A DNA stretch of 57,172 nucleotides, the filler included, from Sanchytrium tribonematis (lineage: Eukaryota), in assembly GCA_018985235.1 (NCBI GenBank). It is 4 parts of 4 records of this genome, joined end to end, with 100 filler letters (N's around TTAATTAATTAA, not from the genome) between each part and the next. Parts side by side here need not be neighbours in the genome. Positions count along the whole stretch, not along the records: positions 1 to 14,331 come from JADGIG010000171.1; 3 more parts are not named here. One strand, given 5' to 3'. Below are positions 1 through 11,957 of the stretch, in pieces. Positions within the stretch are counted from its first letter, which is position 1, and each line of letters begins with the position of its first letter. A model generated the notes under the pieces. That model was given only the letters and a program-made list of their open reading frames with translations. It was not told the DNA's origin and ran no database searches. A program made the position numbers and the translations under genes.

Positions 1-1784
1 CCTCCAAGAGAAGTCCATGCTAGTCCCATAACGACCCCAGGGACCGGATAGTTGTACCTTTGATCAGTGTATTTTGGGGCGCCAAGATACTTCGACAAAG
101 TTGGCATGTCTATCATTTTGGGAGCAAATACATTTGGAAGGTTATTTTTGGGAGGTTCAAACTCGGAAGTATTGGCTTTCGTAGTTTCTGTAACTTTAAT
201 ATCACCCTCACTCTCTAATTTGACAGTTTCTTCCCTAATATATTCTTGACCAATTTTTTCCAATGATTTCCACAGCTGACGGACACCAGATTCCCTGCAA
301 TAACTTTCAACTAAAACGTTTTTTATATCCTCCGATAGTTTAAGGTCGACCCTATACTTTTCTTTCAATTTTGGAAGCAAATGGGAATTTGTCATCTCAA
401 CTTTTTCTTCAATGGTATATCCGTCAATCTCAACTACGGTACATCTATCCAAAAGTGGTTTAGGTATAGTTTCAGTAGTGTTAGCAGTTGCAATAAACAT
501 ACAATTACTTAGATCTATCGGTGCGTCCACGTAATGATCCATAAATTCATGGTGTTGTTCTGGATCTAAAGCTTCCAAAAGTATACTACTTGGGTCTCCT
601 GAATGATGTTTAGACAGTTTATCAATCTCATCCAAAAGAATCACAGGGTCCATACATTTGGATCGAATGAGAGATGTAATTAGTTTTCCTGGCATGCTGC
701 CAATATATGTTCTACGATGCCCTTTAAGTTCAGAAGGATCATTCAAGCCGCCCAAAGGTATTCTGTATAAGGGCCTTTTAATAGCTTCACTTATACTACT
801 AACAATGCTTGTTTTTCCAGTACCAGGTGGACCAACCAATAGCAAAACATTAGCTTTCTGTCTCGTGTATTTCATAAGTGACATATAATTTAAAATCTGC
901 CGCTTAACTTGTTCTAATCCATAGTGGCTATTTAACTTGGAATTTAATTGTTCTAATTTGATGTCAGTTTGATTAAAAGTTGTAAATGGAATACTTTTCA
1001 GAATACTTATGTACTGTTTAGTAAGATGATATTCCGAGTGGTGTGGCTCTAAGGCACTCAATTTCTCTTGTTCTTTCTTCACAATAGCATCAATGTGTGG
1101 AGGAAGCTTCAATTTCTGGGATCTCACGGCAGGAGTACTACTTAAGTTGGTGTCTGATTGTATGCTAGGTTTCATAGCTTCAATATTTAGTTTTGTCAAA
1201 TAGTTTACGATAAATTCCATACCCTCTTTTTCTTCCAGGTACATAAGCTTCCAAGTTTCCGAATCATTTTTCATCAGGTTTCCAATGAATGTTAAAAAAT
1301 TTTCGTAGTTAAGAAAGCTTGAACTTGAATAGTAATTTCCAATTAAATGCCTATAATTCGTATTAAAAAGTGTGTTCAGAATATGAATATAGTTTCTGGA
1401 ATTTGGTGTTAAATTTGGTTTTATGTCTTTACAGATAGCAAGAGTACCATTATACTGTCTAAAGTACTCATAGGCGTTGCAAATTGGTCCTTGCCTTAAA
1501 GTCTTGTGACCTCTATGAAATTTGGAAACACTATCAACCAATTTGACTCGTCCTAAAGACCTCTCGCTATCTAAATCATAAACAATACCAACAGGATGTA
1601 CCTCATCCTTAGCAAAGGATCTAATCGGTTTTGGATCAACTTGGGATGAATTATCTAGAAAGAGTGCGATGCGTCGCACTCTCACATCCTCATTTAACAT
1701 CAACTTGATATCTGTATAAGGATAGATTGGCCTGTTGATTTTAAATGAAATGTAGGCCTGATTTTTTAAGATTCTAGAAATCAT
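1..1784 (-). CDS. Lon protease (AAA+ and S16 domains), probably organellar; 3' end outside window
   Basis: Not in ORF track. Manual translation from ATG 1784 gives [64 protein letters not shown] in one frame. Confidence 0.95.
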   Translation of the reverse strand, partial: MISRILKNQAYISFKINRPIYPYTDIKLMLNEDVRVRRIALFLDNSSQVDPKPIRSFAKDEVHPVGIVYDLDSERSLGRVKLVDSVSKFHRGHKTLRQGPICNAYEYFRQYNGTLAICKDIKPNLTPNSRNYIHILNTLFNTNYRHLIGNYYSSSSFLNYENFLTFIGNLMKNDSETWKLMYLEEKEGMEFIVNYLTKLNIEAMKPSIQSDTNLSSTPAVRSQKLKLPPHIDAIVKKEQEKLSALEPHHSEYHLTKQYISILKSIPFTTFNQTDIKLEQLNSKLNSHYGLEQVKRQILNYMSLMKYTRQKANVLLLVGPPGTGKTSIVSSISEAIKRPLYRIPLGGLNDPSELKGHRRTYIGSMPGKLITSLIRSKCMDPVILLDEIDKLSKHHSGDPSSILLEALDPEQHHEFMDHYVDAPIDLSNCMFIATANTTETIPKPLLDRCTVVEIDGYTIEEKVEMTNSHLLPKLKEKYRVDLKLSEDIKNVLVESYCRESGVRQLWKSLEKIGQEYIREETVKLESEGDIKVTETTKANTSEFEPPKNNLPNVFAPKMIDMPTLSKYLGAPKYTDQRYNYPVPGVVMGLAWTSLG

Positions 1785-1814
1785 AAAGAATTGTTTCACC
1801 CTAAAATTTTTAAT

Positions 1815-3024
1815 TTATTGCATACTCACAAAAATGCTCAGATAAAATAGCAACGCAAAATGGCGGGACACGCCACTTGTAGTTGTTGCTTTCGGAGCAG
1901 TTGTCTCTGATTTTATTTCGTCTGCAGTTTCTATATGAGTTTGATTTACCAACACCTACTGGCCCATTTGTAACGCGATCGTAATTTCCAGCGACCGTTG
2001 AGGTGGAAAATTGAGTCGCTTCCATAGAGACTTCGGTTGAAATATTTCGGACTGTGCTTGATACCTTTTCGAACTCTGTTGAACCATAAGTTGAAGTAGC
2101 TTCTAATCGAAGAGTCGCTGAGCTAAATTTATGGTCGGCATCAATAGTAGATTCAGTGCCGATCGCCCAAAGGGTTGTGGGTTTGATAGATGACATAATC
2201 TTCAAGGAACTCTCTGAATTTACTAACACGGACGTCAACGAATTGGATGATTCCGTCAAGAGGTCCTTTGAGACTCCTGTGTTTGACAGCAAACTACTCA
2301 TTCTTGAATCTGTCATAGACAATGAACTAATCATTTGACTATTTGATTTTTCTAAACTAGAGTACAGAATATTCGTTTCCAAACTTGTTGAAGCCATACT
2401 GAATAGACTGGTTGAATCTGCTTTGAGCAGATATGTAGAACTGTCGGAATTGCTACGACGTTGTGTTTGAGATGTGATTTCTGATGAGGTTTCCTCCACA
2501 TTCCATTTTATTTCTTTACTTGCAGAATTAGACGGACTTTCTAATGTGCTGAAATACAAGGAAGCGGAACCTCTGTCTACATGTTTCTTTATGTTTGGTT
2601 CGTCGTCCACTAAGGTTTGATATCCGTAGGCCCAAATTATGTCATTAAGGCCCTCAGTAATATTCTTCTCAAATGGATAATTGGCGATTAATGGGAGCGA
2701 AAACACGACTGTGGTGTAATTATCAAATGTGGTAAACTTCTCGATTTCGACAAGGCTTACATTATATACAACGACAGGTCGTCCAGGACGAATTGCACGT
2801 CTTGCTCTTAGGTAGGACTGGTTATACATTGGATACTGTTCATACGTGACAACATCGGCATCAGACATGCCTTGACCAAATCCAATCGCACCCCAATTAA
2901 AACCTTCCTTGAATTTTATTTCGACACGTGCTTGATCTCCGATGATATAACCACGTAAACAAATTTGATCTTCGCTGCTAAAGCATGTGAAATTAGTTGC
3001 TTGAAGTATGCTGAATAATATCAT
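1815..3024 (-). CDS. Secreted DOMON-domain, Ser/Thr-rich, probably GPI-anchored protein (one intron)
   Basis: WGAIGFGQGMSDADVV and IIWAYG...KKH DOMON motifs. Removing 1931-1949 gives a GPI-like tail TTTSGVSRHFALLFYLSIFVSMQ*. Confidence 0.75.
1931..1949 (-). other. 19-nt spliceosomal intron
   Basis: GTAAATCAAACTCATATAG; removal yields a hydrophobic C-terminal tail. Confidence 0.75.
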
Positions 3025-3128
3025 AGAGAAGGTTGGCCTACCTTTCTTGGGTTGTATTGCTTAAATAAGCCTAGCACAAGTAGGCCAAGCATTTTGCATT
3101 TCAATATAGTTTGTAGCCATAAAATTTA

Positions 3129-4665
3129 TTAATTTAATGGATTTCCAGATTTGTCCTCTACTAAACCACCTGCGATAGCCTCATCGATCAATATATCTCG
3201 TACTGCTGTCCAAATTTCTTCTCCTGTTGGATTTATCTGAGAGCTTGGAAGTAAAAATCCATACCCAAAAAATGATGGCCTTGGTCGTAACTCAACAACA
3301 TAAGGAAGAGTTCTAAAAACATTTTCTGTTCCATTCCATTTTTGATTGAATACCCATTCAACAGAAGTTCCAGAGGTGAAATACAAGTCATAAGCCGATT
3401 GTGAAGTGTATTGTTTACCGTAAACACTCCTGATAGATTGTCTCATATCATTTCCGACTTCTTTCAACTTTTTTTCCCATACTGTAGGCTCGGAAGTTGA
3501 ACATGGTGGTCTCAGAATTAATTGTGAATAACTATGAAGAGTTAAAAATACATGCACGCCGCCTTGCTTTCTGATGTAATCTGCAATGGCTTTTGTCTCC
3601 GGTTCACTTTCTGGCTTTGTTCCACAAAAAATTTCGGAATTTGGGTCTTTTAATCCAGGAGCTTCATCGCTGCCTTGAGACCAATTTGCGTCAAAATTTC
3701 TGTTCATGTCGACGCCAACTCCGTTGCCTACAGGCCTGCGATTCTTCCTCCATAATCTTTGATTTGTAAAGGTATATGTATATCCGTCTGGGTTAGCAAC
3801 GGGATTAAAAATAAACTCTACTTCCTTCCAGTCAGCATTATTCTTTTTCTTCAAAATGCTCCAAGCAATATATTGCAATGTAGATCCGCCCACCCATTCT
3901 CTATATCAGCAAAATATACCTTGCATGCACCAAACTTTGAATATAAAATTTTTTTCTCTCGCCTGTAAATTCTGGATACGGTTTAATGTGATAAGCATTG
4001 ATACTCCTTTTTTCATAGGACAATCCCATTTCCACTTTTTCCATTACATCTTCGTGAAGTTCTGTCCAAGAATCAAAAAGTTCAAGAATCTCTGAATATT
4101 GGTGGTAATCAGAAAACCATTTTGATGGGTTAAACTCTGCAATGTGCTGCTCATCGGACTGAGATTTAAATTGCTGCTGCAATGGACTTTGCCCTAGCTC
4201 TTCTATCATCTCGTCCACATCAGGTACAAGAATTTGAAAAGTCGATTCTGGTGATAGCTCAGCTATCAAGTCTCCAATTAATTGAAATTGTTCGTAGGAT
4301 ACCATAACATCCGCACTATTGCGAGATAAATGCCAAACATCAAAGTTATAAACATGAATCTGTTGCAGCAACTCTTTAGAGGGCTTCGTGATTCTCAAAA
4401 CTCGCGCAGGACCATCACTTTCTGACTCGTACCATTCTGAAGGTAGCTCGTCTTCATTGTTTTCAAATTCATTCATCAAAGCATCAATAATGGCACCTGA
4501 ATCTGAAGTTTTGTCATTTTCTTGAGAAACGGCTTCTTTACCAAATTTTGAAATCCAACTATTTACATTCTCAATAGCTTTTTGTTTTTTTAGATTTTTT
4601 TGCTTAAACAAGTCTCCTAAATCAAGTTGATCTGAAATTACTAGAACCAAAAGTAAAGTCAACAT
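3129..4665 (-). CDS. Secreted M14 zinc carboxypeptidase with prodomain (one intron)
   Basis: Joins track ORFs 3901-4665 and 3129-3893. Splicing restores HAREW. Also NPDGY, WRKNR, GVDMNRNF, LHSYSQ, VELRP. Confidence 0.93.
3901..3919 (-). other. 19-nt spliceosomal intron
   Basis: GTATATTTTGCTGATATAG interrupts the HxxE zinc motif. Confidence 0.95.
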
Positions 4666-5011
4666 CTTTGGCCTAAAGATATTATGTCAAACTTTAAATA
4701 GTTAAAGACGCATGCTAAAAGAATTAGACAACCTATGCTTTTAATTACGAGAAACCACTGGGGTCAGAGCGCTAGAAACTTTTTCCTCAAAGCTTCTACT
4801 TTGCTTGAATTGTTTTGTTTTGGCATGCACTCAACTAATTTATTTAACAAAAAAGAAACTTTAATAACCAAATGAGGTCATCTCGAATATTGCCGCAGAA
4901 GAGAAACTTAAATCATAGGTTTCACTAACCTGAAATGTCTGATTCTAGACCTACTTTGTCTGGAAGTGCAACCAAAAATGAATGAATACTCCCATTGACA
5001 AAAACTCGTAG

Positions 5012-5875
5012 ATGAGCGATTATGATAAAGTTGTTCACAAAGTCGACGCTAAATTCGACATCAAGAACAAAATAGGATCTATAATTTTAAAAGTCAAAGA
5101 AAAACTAGCTGGAAGCCAAAACTCAAATCTTCAAAATTTAGCGAAAGTGATACCTCCCACTACACCCAGTGCTAGCTCCAATCCAGACGCCGAAGCGGCC
5201 AATTCTTTTTCTCAAGGAGCAAGCAATCTACCCGCTACTAACATTTCAACTTCGGATGACACCAGCCTACACCACTATGTTGACGCTGATCCATCCACAA
5301 GTACTTTTGATGTTGTGTTACTGCAAGGCGATTGTTTTACGTTATCCAATGAAAATACAGACATTTTCAATGGACAATCAATTCAACCATTTATGCTACA
5401 AAACTCAACGATCCAAAGCAATGAAAATTTGGCTTCCGCATTTGATGTTTTGAAGTCTAAATTTCCCGACGGCGATTGCAACAAACTTGCCATGGTTGAT
5501 TTAATAAGCAATGTCATGAGAAATTCAACAAATTGTCCCGGAAAACCATTGTGTGCTAAAGATTGCGACATTATGGCTCCAAACATGATCAAGTGTGGTT
5601 TGCCTACCCAGGCATGTCCTAAAGTCTCTCAGTGCATTTCCATGGATACTAACGAAATCATTAAGGGTTCTGGCCTTACTTGGTGGGCAATTTTATTGAT
5701 TATTCTCGCGCTTTTGATACCTTTGGCAATTGCTCTGTCCAAATGCATTCAGAAGAAAAGAACGCAACGCGACAGCAAACATTTAGCACCTTCTTCTTTG
5801 GGTTCATTTGATTCAAATGGTCAACTCCAAACTAAAAAAGCCAGTTATGAGCTGTCTCCAGATGGAAGAATTTGA
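5012..5875 (+). CDS. Hypothetical single-pass membrane protein with Cys-rich region
   Basis: 287-aa ORF, Cys cluster, then WWAILLIILALLIPLAIAL and a basic KKR. Confidence 0.6.
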   Translation: MSDYDKVVHKVDAKFDIKNKIGSIILKVKEKLAGSQNSNLQNLAKVIPPTTPSASSNPDAEAANSFSQGASNLPATNISTSDDTSLHHYVDADPSTSTFDVVLLQGDCFTLSNENTDIFNGQSIQPFMLQNSTIQSNENLASAFDVLKSKFPDGDCNKLAMVDLISNVMRNSTNCPGKPLCAKDCDIMAPNMIKCGLPTQACPKVSQCISMDTNEIIKGSGLTWWAILLIILALLIPLAIALSKCIQKKRTQRDSKHLAPSSLGSFDSNGQLQTKKASYELSPDGRI

Positions 5876-5895
5876 TTAATAAATTTATTACCCTT

Positions 5896-7096
5896 TTATT
5901 TTTGCAACGAGGTATATAATACCATGGCGATTATCAAAATTGAAAGAATAATGCATGCAGCCAAAAGTATTTTATGAATATCAATACCACAAATCCTATC
6001 TTCAAAAACAACCTGCATAGCCTGTGCGTCCCCTGTAAATGGAGGCATTTCAAATAATTTAGTCTGCTCATCTGATAAGGCTTGATCAGAAAATTGTTTT
6101 CTGATTTCAAATTTGTCTAGAAAATCATTGTCAGTTGCGAGGAATATGGCTTTAAAGTAAGTATAAGTTTTCTTTTGGGATTCTTCTTTTAAAGGACTTT
6201 TGGGTGATGTCATATTTTTTGTCCATACTGCAGGAGACTGCGGATCGATCGCAGAATTACAAAAAGATTTATCTCTCGCGTTGCTAAATTTTGACTCATC
6301 CAGCATACCTTTTTCTACAGGTTGAGAAAATTGAGTGATTATTCCAGGAGGGAGCGCAGATTTTGGAAATTTCCCTATAGCAACCTTGTCAGGGACTTTT
6401 GTCAACATTGTCATAGGAAGAGCTGACTTTGGAGCAGGTGACTTTAAAATTTCTTCTCTATATTTGTCATAAGGTTGAATGGCAGAGCTTGAAGGTCTTA
6501 CCATTTTTGGAGCAATTTGAAATGCAGACTTCCTTCGAGATGATGGCTCTTCTAATGATATAACTCTTGGAGAGTTAAGGGTCCATTGTTGGTCCTGCTC
6601 AACTGGAGATTTTGTGATTATTTTTAATTCTGGCTTCTTTTTGGAATTATCTGATTCTTTTTTTTGTGAATCGTCAATTTGGATTTCTTCAAATTCTTTA
6701 CCATCTAAGTCCTCCAGTTTAGTAATTTCCCTATCTAGAATTGTATCTTCTTGAACAACCATGAAATATTTGACATCTCCAACAATATCGGTATTTGTAA
6801 AAGGATTTAAAACATGCAGACGGTGCAGTAATTTTTTTTGTAGATAGATTTGCGTCTGGAACAAAACCTTATTGATCTGCCAAGCGTCATAATATGAATA
6901 AAACACTCTATTTGGCTGCTTAGGGTCCTAAATTAATGTGAATTACCCAAGTTTGAATCTGAGCTATAAGAAAATTTTTTTGTTTTGCTCTATAAGCATG
7001 AATAGTATCATAAAATGGTTCTAAAGAGAAGCAGTCTTCAAAATCAGCGCTTAACACGTCTACAGTTTTGTTATCTTTTACAAAACGAACAAACAT
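5896..7096 (-). CDS. Hypothetical protein resembling the fungal/microsporidian DUF5092 family, C-terminal TM (one intron)
   Basis: Exon from ATG 7096 joins the track ORF via 6928-6946: IQTWDPKQPNRVFYSYYDAWQINKVLF...LLHRLHVLNPFTNTDIVGDVKYF. Family name is from memory. Confidence 0.65.
6928..6946 (-). other. 19-nt spliceosomal intron
   Basis: GTAATTCACATTAATTTAG; joins two frames. Confidence 0.85.
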
Positions 7097-7559
7097 AATT
7101 TTATTCTCAGTGGCTTTTGAATAAAAATAAATTTTATACTGAAAAATTTATTCGAGTATCTATCTCATTTTTTTGAATCCAATTAAATCTGACTGCTCGC
7201 GAAAACACTGACGACAAATATTCAAGCCGTATTTTCGAATGATTGCGGTTTTGTGCGCACAAACTCTGCATGTATAACTTCCTTTACCATAGGTACGTGG
7301 TCTACTGAACCAAACTGCTGAATGTGCCATTTTCAATTAAAATAAAATTGGCCAAAAGCAACAGAAAATTCACGAAACACGTGAAATTATCCAATCAAAT
7401 ACTTGTATTTCATCCCAAATTAGAATTTGCAAGTTGAACCATGTTTGCTAAATATAATTTAATATCCCTTGAAAATTATTGGAGTTGCGATGTTATCCCG
7501 CTTATTTATTATTTACCAAATATGTAGGTGCCTACGAACATTTGATCCTTGAAACAACA

Positions 7560-7900
7560 ATGGGTGTCCAAGTTGTAAAAACATTAAAGGAATTTACAGA
7601 TATTAACAAAGTCAAGGTCATTGCTGATTTTTACGCCGTGTGGTGTGGTCCTTGTAAAGTTATCTCTCCAAAATTTGAAGAATACAGTGCCAAGTTTCCA
7701 AATTTGAAATTTATCAAGGTATTTACATTTTAATGTAGATTGATGTCGACGAATCCCCCGATTTAGCTCAAAAGTTTGAAGTTTCTGCTATGCCGACTTT
7801 CAAAGTAATTGAAAATGGAAAAGTTGTTGACGAATTGGTAGGTGCCAATCCTTCAAAATTATTGCAGTTGGTTGAGAAACATAGTAAAAGTTCATCTTAA
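7560..7900 (+). CDS. TRX1: Thioredoxin (one intron)
   Basis: [11 protein letters not shown]; after removing 7719-7738 continues [21 protein letters not shown]...VGANPSKL. Confidence 0.96.
7719..7738 (+). other. 20-nt spliceosomal intron
   Basis: GTATTTACATTTTAATGTAG; removal restores FIK|IDVD. Confidence 0.95.
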
Positions 7901-7975
7901 ATAAATGCGAATATGTTTTGTAGGTATAGGTAAAACAGTTGTGGGTAAAAGTTAACAATTTTGAAACACATTTTC

Positions 7976-8894
7976 ATGTCAACTTTTCATTTTTTCGCAT
8001 CGAGTGCAGCGCCTTGTATTGCGTGTTTGTTTACAAATATATTTGACACCACTAAAATAAGACTTCAGCTGGATTCTGAAAGTACTTATAAAGGAAGCTG
8101 GGACTGCATCAAAACAACATATAAAAACGAAGGAATAAAAGGGCTTCAAAAAGGATTGATACCGGCTATTTGGAAAGAGGGAAGTAAAAACATTTTTAGA
8201 ATTGGTGCGTACGATCCGATATTACAAAAATTAATGATACACTCAGGAAATATTTCTAATGGAAAATCCAAGCCGAAAGCTTATTTATGGCAGAGATTAA
8301 CAGCTGGCGCATTTTCTGGTGCTATGGGTGCTATAGCCTGCAATCCTTTTGAGCTCATTAAAACCAGATTACAAAGTAGAGCGATTAAGCAAGTTGGAGA
8401 ACAGTATTCTTACTCAGGAATGATTCAAGGATTTAAAGAAATCTGGAAGCAGGGTGGCGTAAAAGGGCTGTATAGGGGTACTTCAATAAGTACAATGCGT
8501 TCAATCATAGGTAGCTCAACAAACTTGACGGCTTTTTCATTGCAACAAGAGTATTTTAACGATTATGTTTCTTCTGATGATAAGCATAAAAATCTCAAAT
8601 ACACAGCAATTGATGCATTTGCAGGCATGACTTCAGCTTTCGTCTCTGTTTTCTTTATGAACCCATTTGATGTTGTCAGAACGAGAACTTTCAACCAGTA
8701 TCACCTTTACGGAAGTTATGCAGCGTGTGTCACTCAACTAATTCAGAAGGAAGGTTTTTCTGGGTTTTACAAAGGATTTTGGACACGTATTAATTTTTCA
8801 TTTAGATTATTTACGTATTGGACCACATTTTTGCCTGACATTTATGTTTCTGGGTGTTATCAAAAGAACTGGAGAAAATTTCGGTTTTAAATAG
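7976..8894 (+). CDS. OAC1: Mitochondrial carrier, oxaloacetate carrier-like (one intron)
   Basis: Three carrier repeats (IFDTTKIRLQ, PFELIKTRLQ, PFDVVRTR), GLQKGL, AVGEQ-like QVGEQYSY. Spliced C-terminus HYLRIGPHFCLTFMF. Confidence 0.8.
8787..8805 (+). other. 19-nt spliceosomal intron
   Basis: GTATTAATTTTTCATTTAG; removal restores the last helix YLRIGPH. Confidence 0.93.
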
Positions 8895-8904
8895 ATTTAA
8901 TTTA

Positions 8905-9594
8905 TTAGTAAAATGTTGCGATCAGCAAATAAATGAAAACAATTACATTGTTTCTTGACGCCGCTGAAAATAGTCGGTCAAAATCAGGATCGCTAGTGTT
9001 GGTATGCTTGTTTTCATTATGGCTGTATGGAAGATGGTATGATGCGTGATTTTCTTCTTGATTCTCTTTTAGAAAATGAGGTTTCGCTTTAGTCGTAGTT
9101 TTGGTAGTGCGATGATAAGAAATGAAGGCTGGCGCAGTATCCTTATTTTCTTGGGAAGGTGGATACTGACTGTTTGAAGCAGTTGTGTGCCCATTTCCAA
9201 AATCCTGGCACCAATACACGGAGCCTTCACTATCAGTTGCCATGCCAAATCCAACCTCAGTATATGCTGGATTAACCAGATTCTGGAAGTGCCCAGCACT
9301 CGCAACCCAACCTTTCATGACATCTGCTATAGAGTTATAACCTTCTGCAACATTTTCTGCTAAATTGTTCCCATTGTAGCCTCCTAACTTGATTCTTTGA
9401 TCAAAATGGGAGGAGTCGACTGAATGACCCATCATGTGGTATTTTGCCATAGTTTGAGCATACTTCTCAGCCACTGCATTTAATATTGGACTTAATCGCA
9501 ATGGAGGCGCACCAAGCCCTTGACGGACTTGATTGACAAGGTTTAGACCCAGTTGATAATCAAAAGCGGAAATTGCCATCGACAGTATAACCAT
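8905..9594 (-). CDS. Secreted CAP/SCP-domain protein, YkwD-like, with hydrophobic tail
   Basis: VNQVR, MMGH, AENVAEG, GWVASAGHFQNLVN, YWCQDFG. Confidence 0.9.
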   Translation of the reverse strand: MVILSMAISAFDYQLGLNLVNQVRQGLGAPPLRLSPILNAVAEKYAQTMAKYHMMGHSVDSSHFDQRIKLGGYNGNNLAENVAEGYNSIADVMKGWVASAGHFQNLVNPAYTEVGFGMATDSEGSVYWCQDFGNGHTTASNSQYPPSQENKDTAPAFISYHRTTKTTTKAKPHFLKENQEENHASYHLPYSHNENKHTNTSDPDFDRLFSAASRNNVIVFIYLLIATFY

Positions 9595-9767
9595 TACGAA
9601 AATTTAAAATATTTGTTCACACATTATTTGAAAAGGTTCTCAGACCTTCATCTCTGAGAGGTTCCCCCCTATTAGTTGTCTGTCCTTCGAAATCTGTTTT
9701 CAGCAATTACGTAGCACAAAAAAGATTGATCTTCTATATGTTATAATTGATGTTTATTCGTTACCAA

Positions 9768-10508
9768 TCAGTATAATAGAATCAACGCAGTTAAAATAAT
9801 GCTCGAGCTTATGGTACTCGAAGAACTGTAGACATATTCTTCTGGTGTCTCTGTAGATTCAGAATACTGCAAGTCATCACATGTAGGAGCGGCAGTGACG
9901 GTTGCTGCAGTATTTGCTGCATTTTCAGTGGATGATGGAGTCGGTTGCGTGGGTTTGACCTCGTAGGAAGAATTTTGAGTCGGACTTGCGTTTTGTTGGT
10001 CAGAGTCTTGATGAGTTGATTCTTGTTTAGTATCTGATTTTGATTTTGGCTGGGATTTTGATTCATTGTGCAATTCTGGAGTTCCATTACCTTTTCCAAA
10101 GTCCTGAGTCCAATACAATCTTCCGGATGAGGATTTGGCATAACCAATCCCAATTTGATTAGAACTAGAGCTTAAAATATTTGCTCTGTGTCCCTCATCA
10201 CCTAGCCATCCATTTACAACGTCTTGAATAGAATTGTATCCTTCCCCTACATTTTCTGCTGTAGGAAAGCCATTATAGCCTTGATTTTCTATACGTTTGC
10301 CAAAATCAGTACCGTCTACAGAGTGTCCCATTTCATCCCGATCTGCTTGAACTTGGGAATATTGAGAAGCTGCCGAGCATAATTCCGGGCTTAAAGACAA
10401 GGGGGATAATCCATTGGCTGCTCTTAATCCATTCACCATACTCAACATAATGTTTGAACTCGCGTCATCTACAGACAATGACATGACCAGAGTGAAAAAT
10501 GATAACAT
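9768..10508 (-). CDS. Secreted CAP/SCP-domain protein, tandem paralog, GPI-like tail
   Basis: VNGLRAANGLSPL, EMGH, AENVGEG, GWLGDEGHRANIL, YWTQDFG; ends SSSSTISSSIILTALILLY. Confidence 0.9.
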   Translation of the reverse strand: MLSFFTLVMSLSVDDASSNIMLSMVNGLRAANGLSPLSLSPELCSAASQYSQVQADRDEMGHSVDGTDFGKRIENQGYNGFPTAENVGEGYNSIQDVVNGWLGDEGHRANILSSSSNQIGIGYAKSSSGRLYWTQDFGKGNGTPELHNESKSQPKSKSDTKQESTHQDSDQQNASPTQNSSYEVKPTQPTPSSTENAANTAATVTAAPTCDDLQYSESTETPEEYVYSSSSTISSSIILTALILLY

Positions 10509-10671
10509 GATATTGACAGGTTACGATTTGTTGTTAAGTAAATGACACAGAAAGATTTTTCAGAATTCTCACCCTTTGATTGGATAGTCAAGTTTTTTCT
10601 TTTTCTGTGTCGAATAAAAAACTCTGATTTGAAATGAGTTGTTAACAATAGATTATCAAAAAATCGATTTA

Positions 10672-11761
10672 CTAGTAGCTGTAATTTTTAACATACAAGC
10701 TAGTGTCGCTGCCAGATGCTCCGCCAGCGTATTTGCCTAACGCCGCTTCGCTATTGGCTTTAGCTCTTGTTAAAAATGCCTTTTGTGCAGCTTCAATGTT
10801 CGCCTTTTCCCCTTTCCAAGCTTGTAAAGCAGAAGCTTGAAGAGCTCTTCCATAAGAAAAAGTGAGCTTCCATGGTCGGGGACCAGGAACCTTGTTTATA
10901 GCATTCAAATGCAAAGTTGCTTCCTCTTCACTCTGTCCGCCACTCAAAAATGTTATACCTGGTACAGCTACTGGAACAGCTCTTCTTAATTAGTAAATTA
11001 TACCTTAACGCAGTTACAGTTGCAAAAGCAATATCTTCCGGTGTATATTTCTTAGGACAGTCAACTCCAGGACACACCATATTTGGTTTAAGCAAAGTTC
11101 CCTCTAAGTAGACATGATGGTCATTCAAGACCTTGTAAACAGAAGCTAAGACCTTGGTGGTGATTACAGTTGCAGTTTCCAAATCATGGGAGCCATCCAT
11201 CAAGATTTCAGGTTCGACGATTGGAACTAAACCGCTTTGTTGGCAAATTACTGCGTATCTGGCTAATACGGTAGAATTTTCGTGGATAGACAGCTCACTT
11301 GGCTCATACTCACCAATCTTAAGAACGGATCTCCATTTGGCAAATCTAGCACCAGCTGCGTAGTATTTTTGACATCGTTCCAAGAGTCCGTCTAAACCTT
11401 GCGTGGTAGTTTCACCATTGGTGCCTGGTAAATTTACAACGCCTTTATCAACTTTAATTCCAATAACAGGTGACAAAATTTCGGTAAATTTTTTACCACT
11501 ATCAGACGATTGAAATAGAGTCTCCTCATACATGATCACCCCACCAATATAATTATTTAATTCTGAGGTAAACAGCAATTGTCGATATTGTTGTCTGTTA
11601 GATTCTGTGTTTTCGACGTTGATGCCGCTGAATCGCTTACCAATAGTTCCAGTAGATTCATCTGCGGCCAAGATTCCTTTACCATCTGCAACAATCTTTG
11701 AAGCAATTTCTTGTAAAGCTTTTTTTTGATCTGGAGTGAGTGCGTTGATAATCTGTGTCAT
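10672..11761 (-). CDS. Fructose-bisphosphate aldolase class I (one intron)
   Basis: [33 protein letters not shown]; spliced ALRRAVP...[20 protein letters not shown]-terminal Tyr. Confidence 0.97.
10985..11003 (-). other. 19-nt spliceosomal intron
   Basis: GTATAATTTACTAATTAAG, with TACTAAT branch-like motif. Confidence 0.95.
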
Positions 11762-11957
11762 ACGGAGATGATTTGAATATAAGTTTTTTCTAACAGATTG
11801 TGTAAGCTCCGTAGCAAAACTATTTTTAAGACTTGCTTTGGCGACGTTCATGGCAATTATCAAGTGACCTTTGACGCTTTTGACGGGCAAAGTTACTGAT
11901 GCGTAATTTGGTTTGATATAATTCTTGGCATTTGTTGAAACAGGATCTTTAAAAATT

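Noticed and set aside
3033..3088. 9-bp inverted repeat TTGGCCTAC...GTAGGCCAA as a MITE
   Set aside because: Too short, no TSD or second copy; better read as two copies of the GGCCAA motif.
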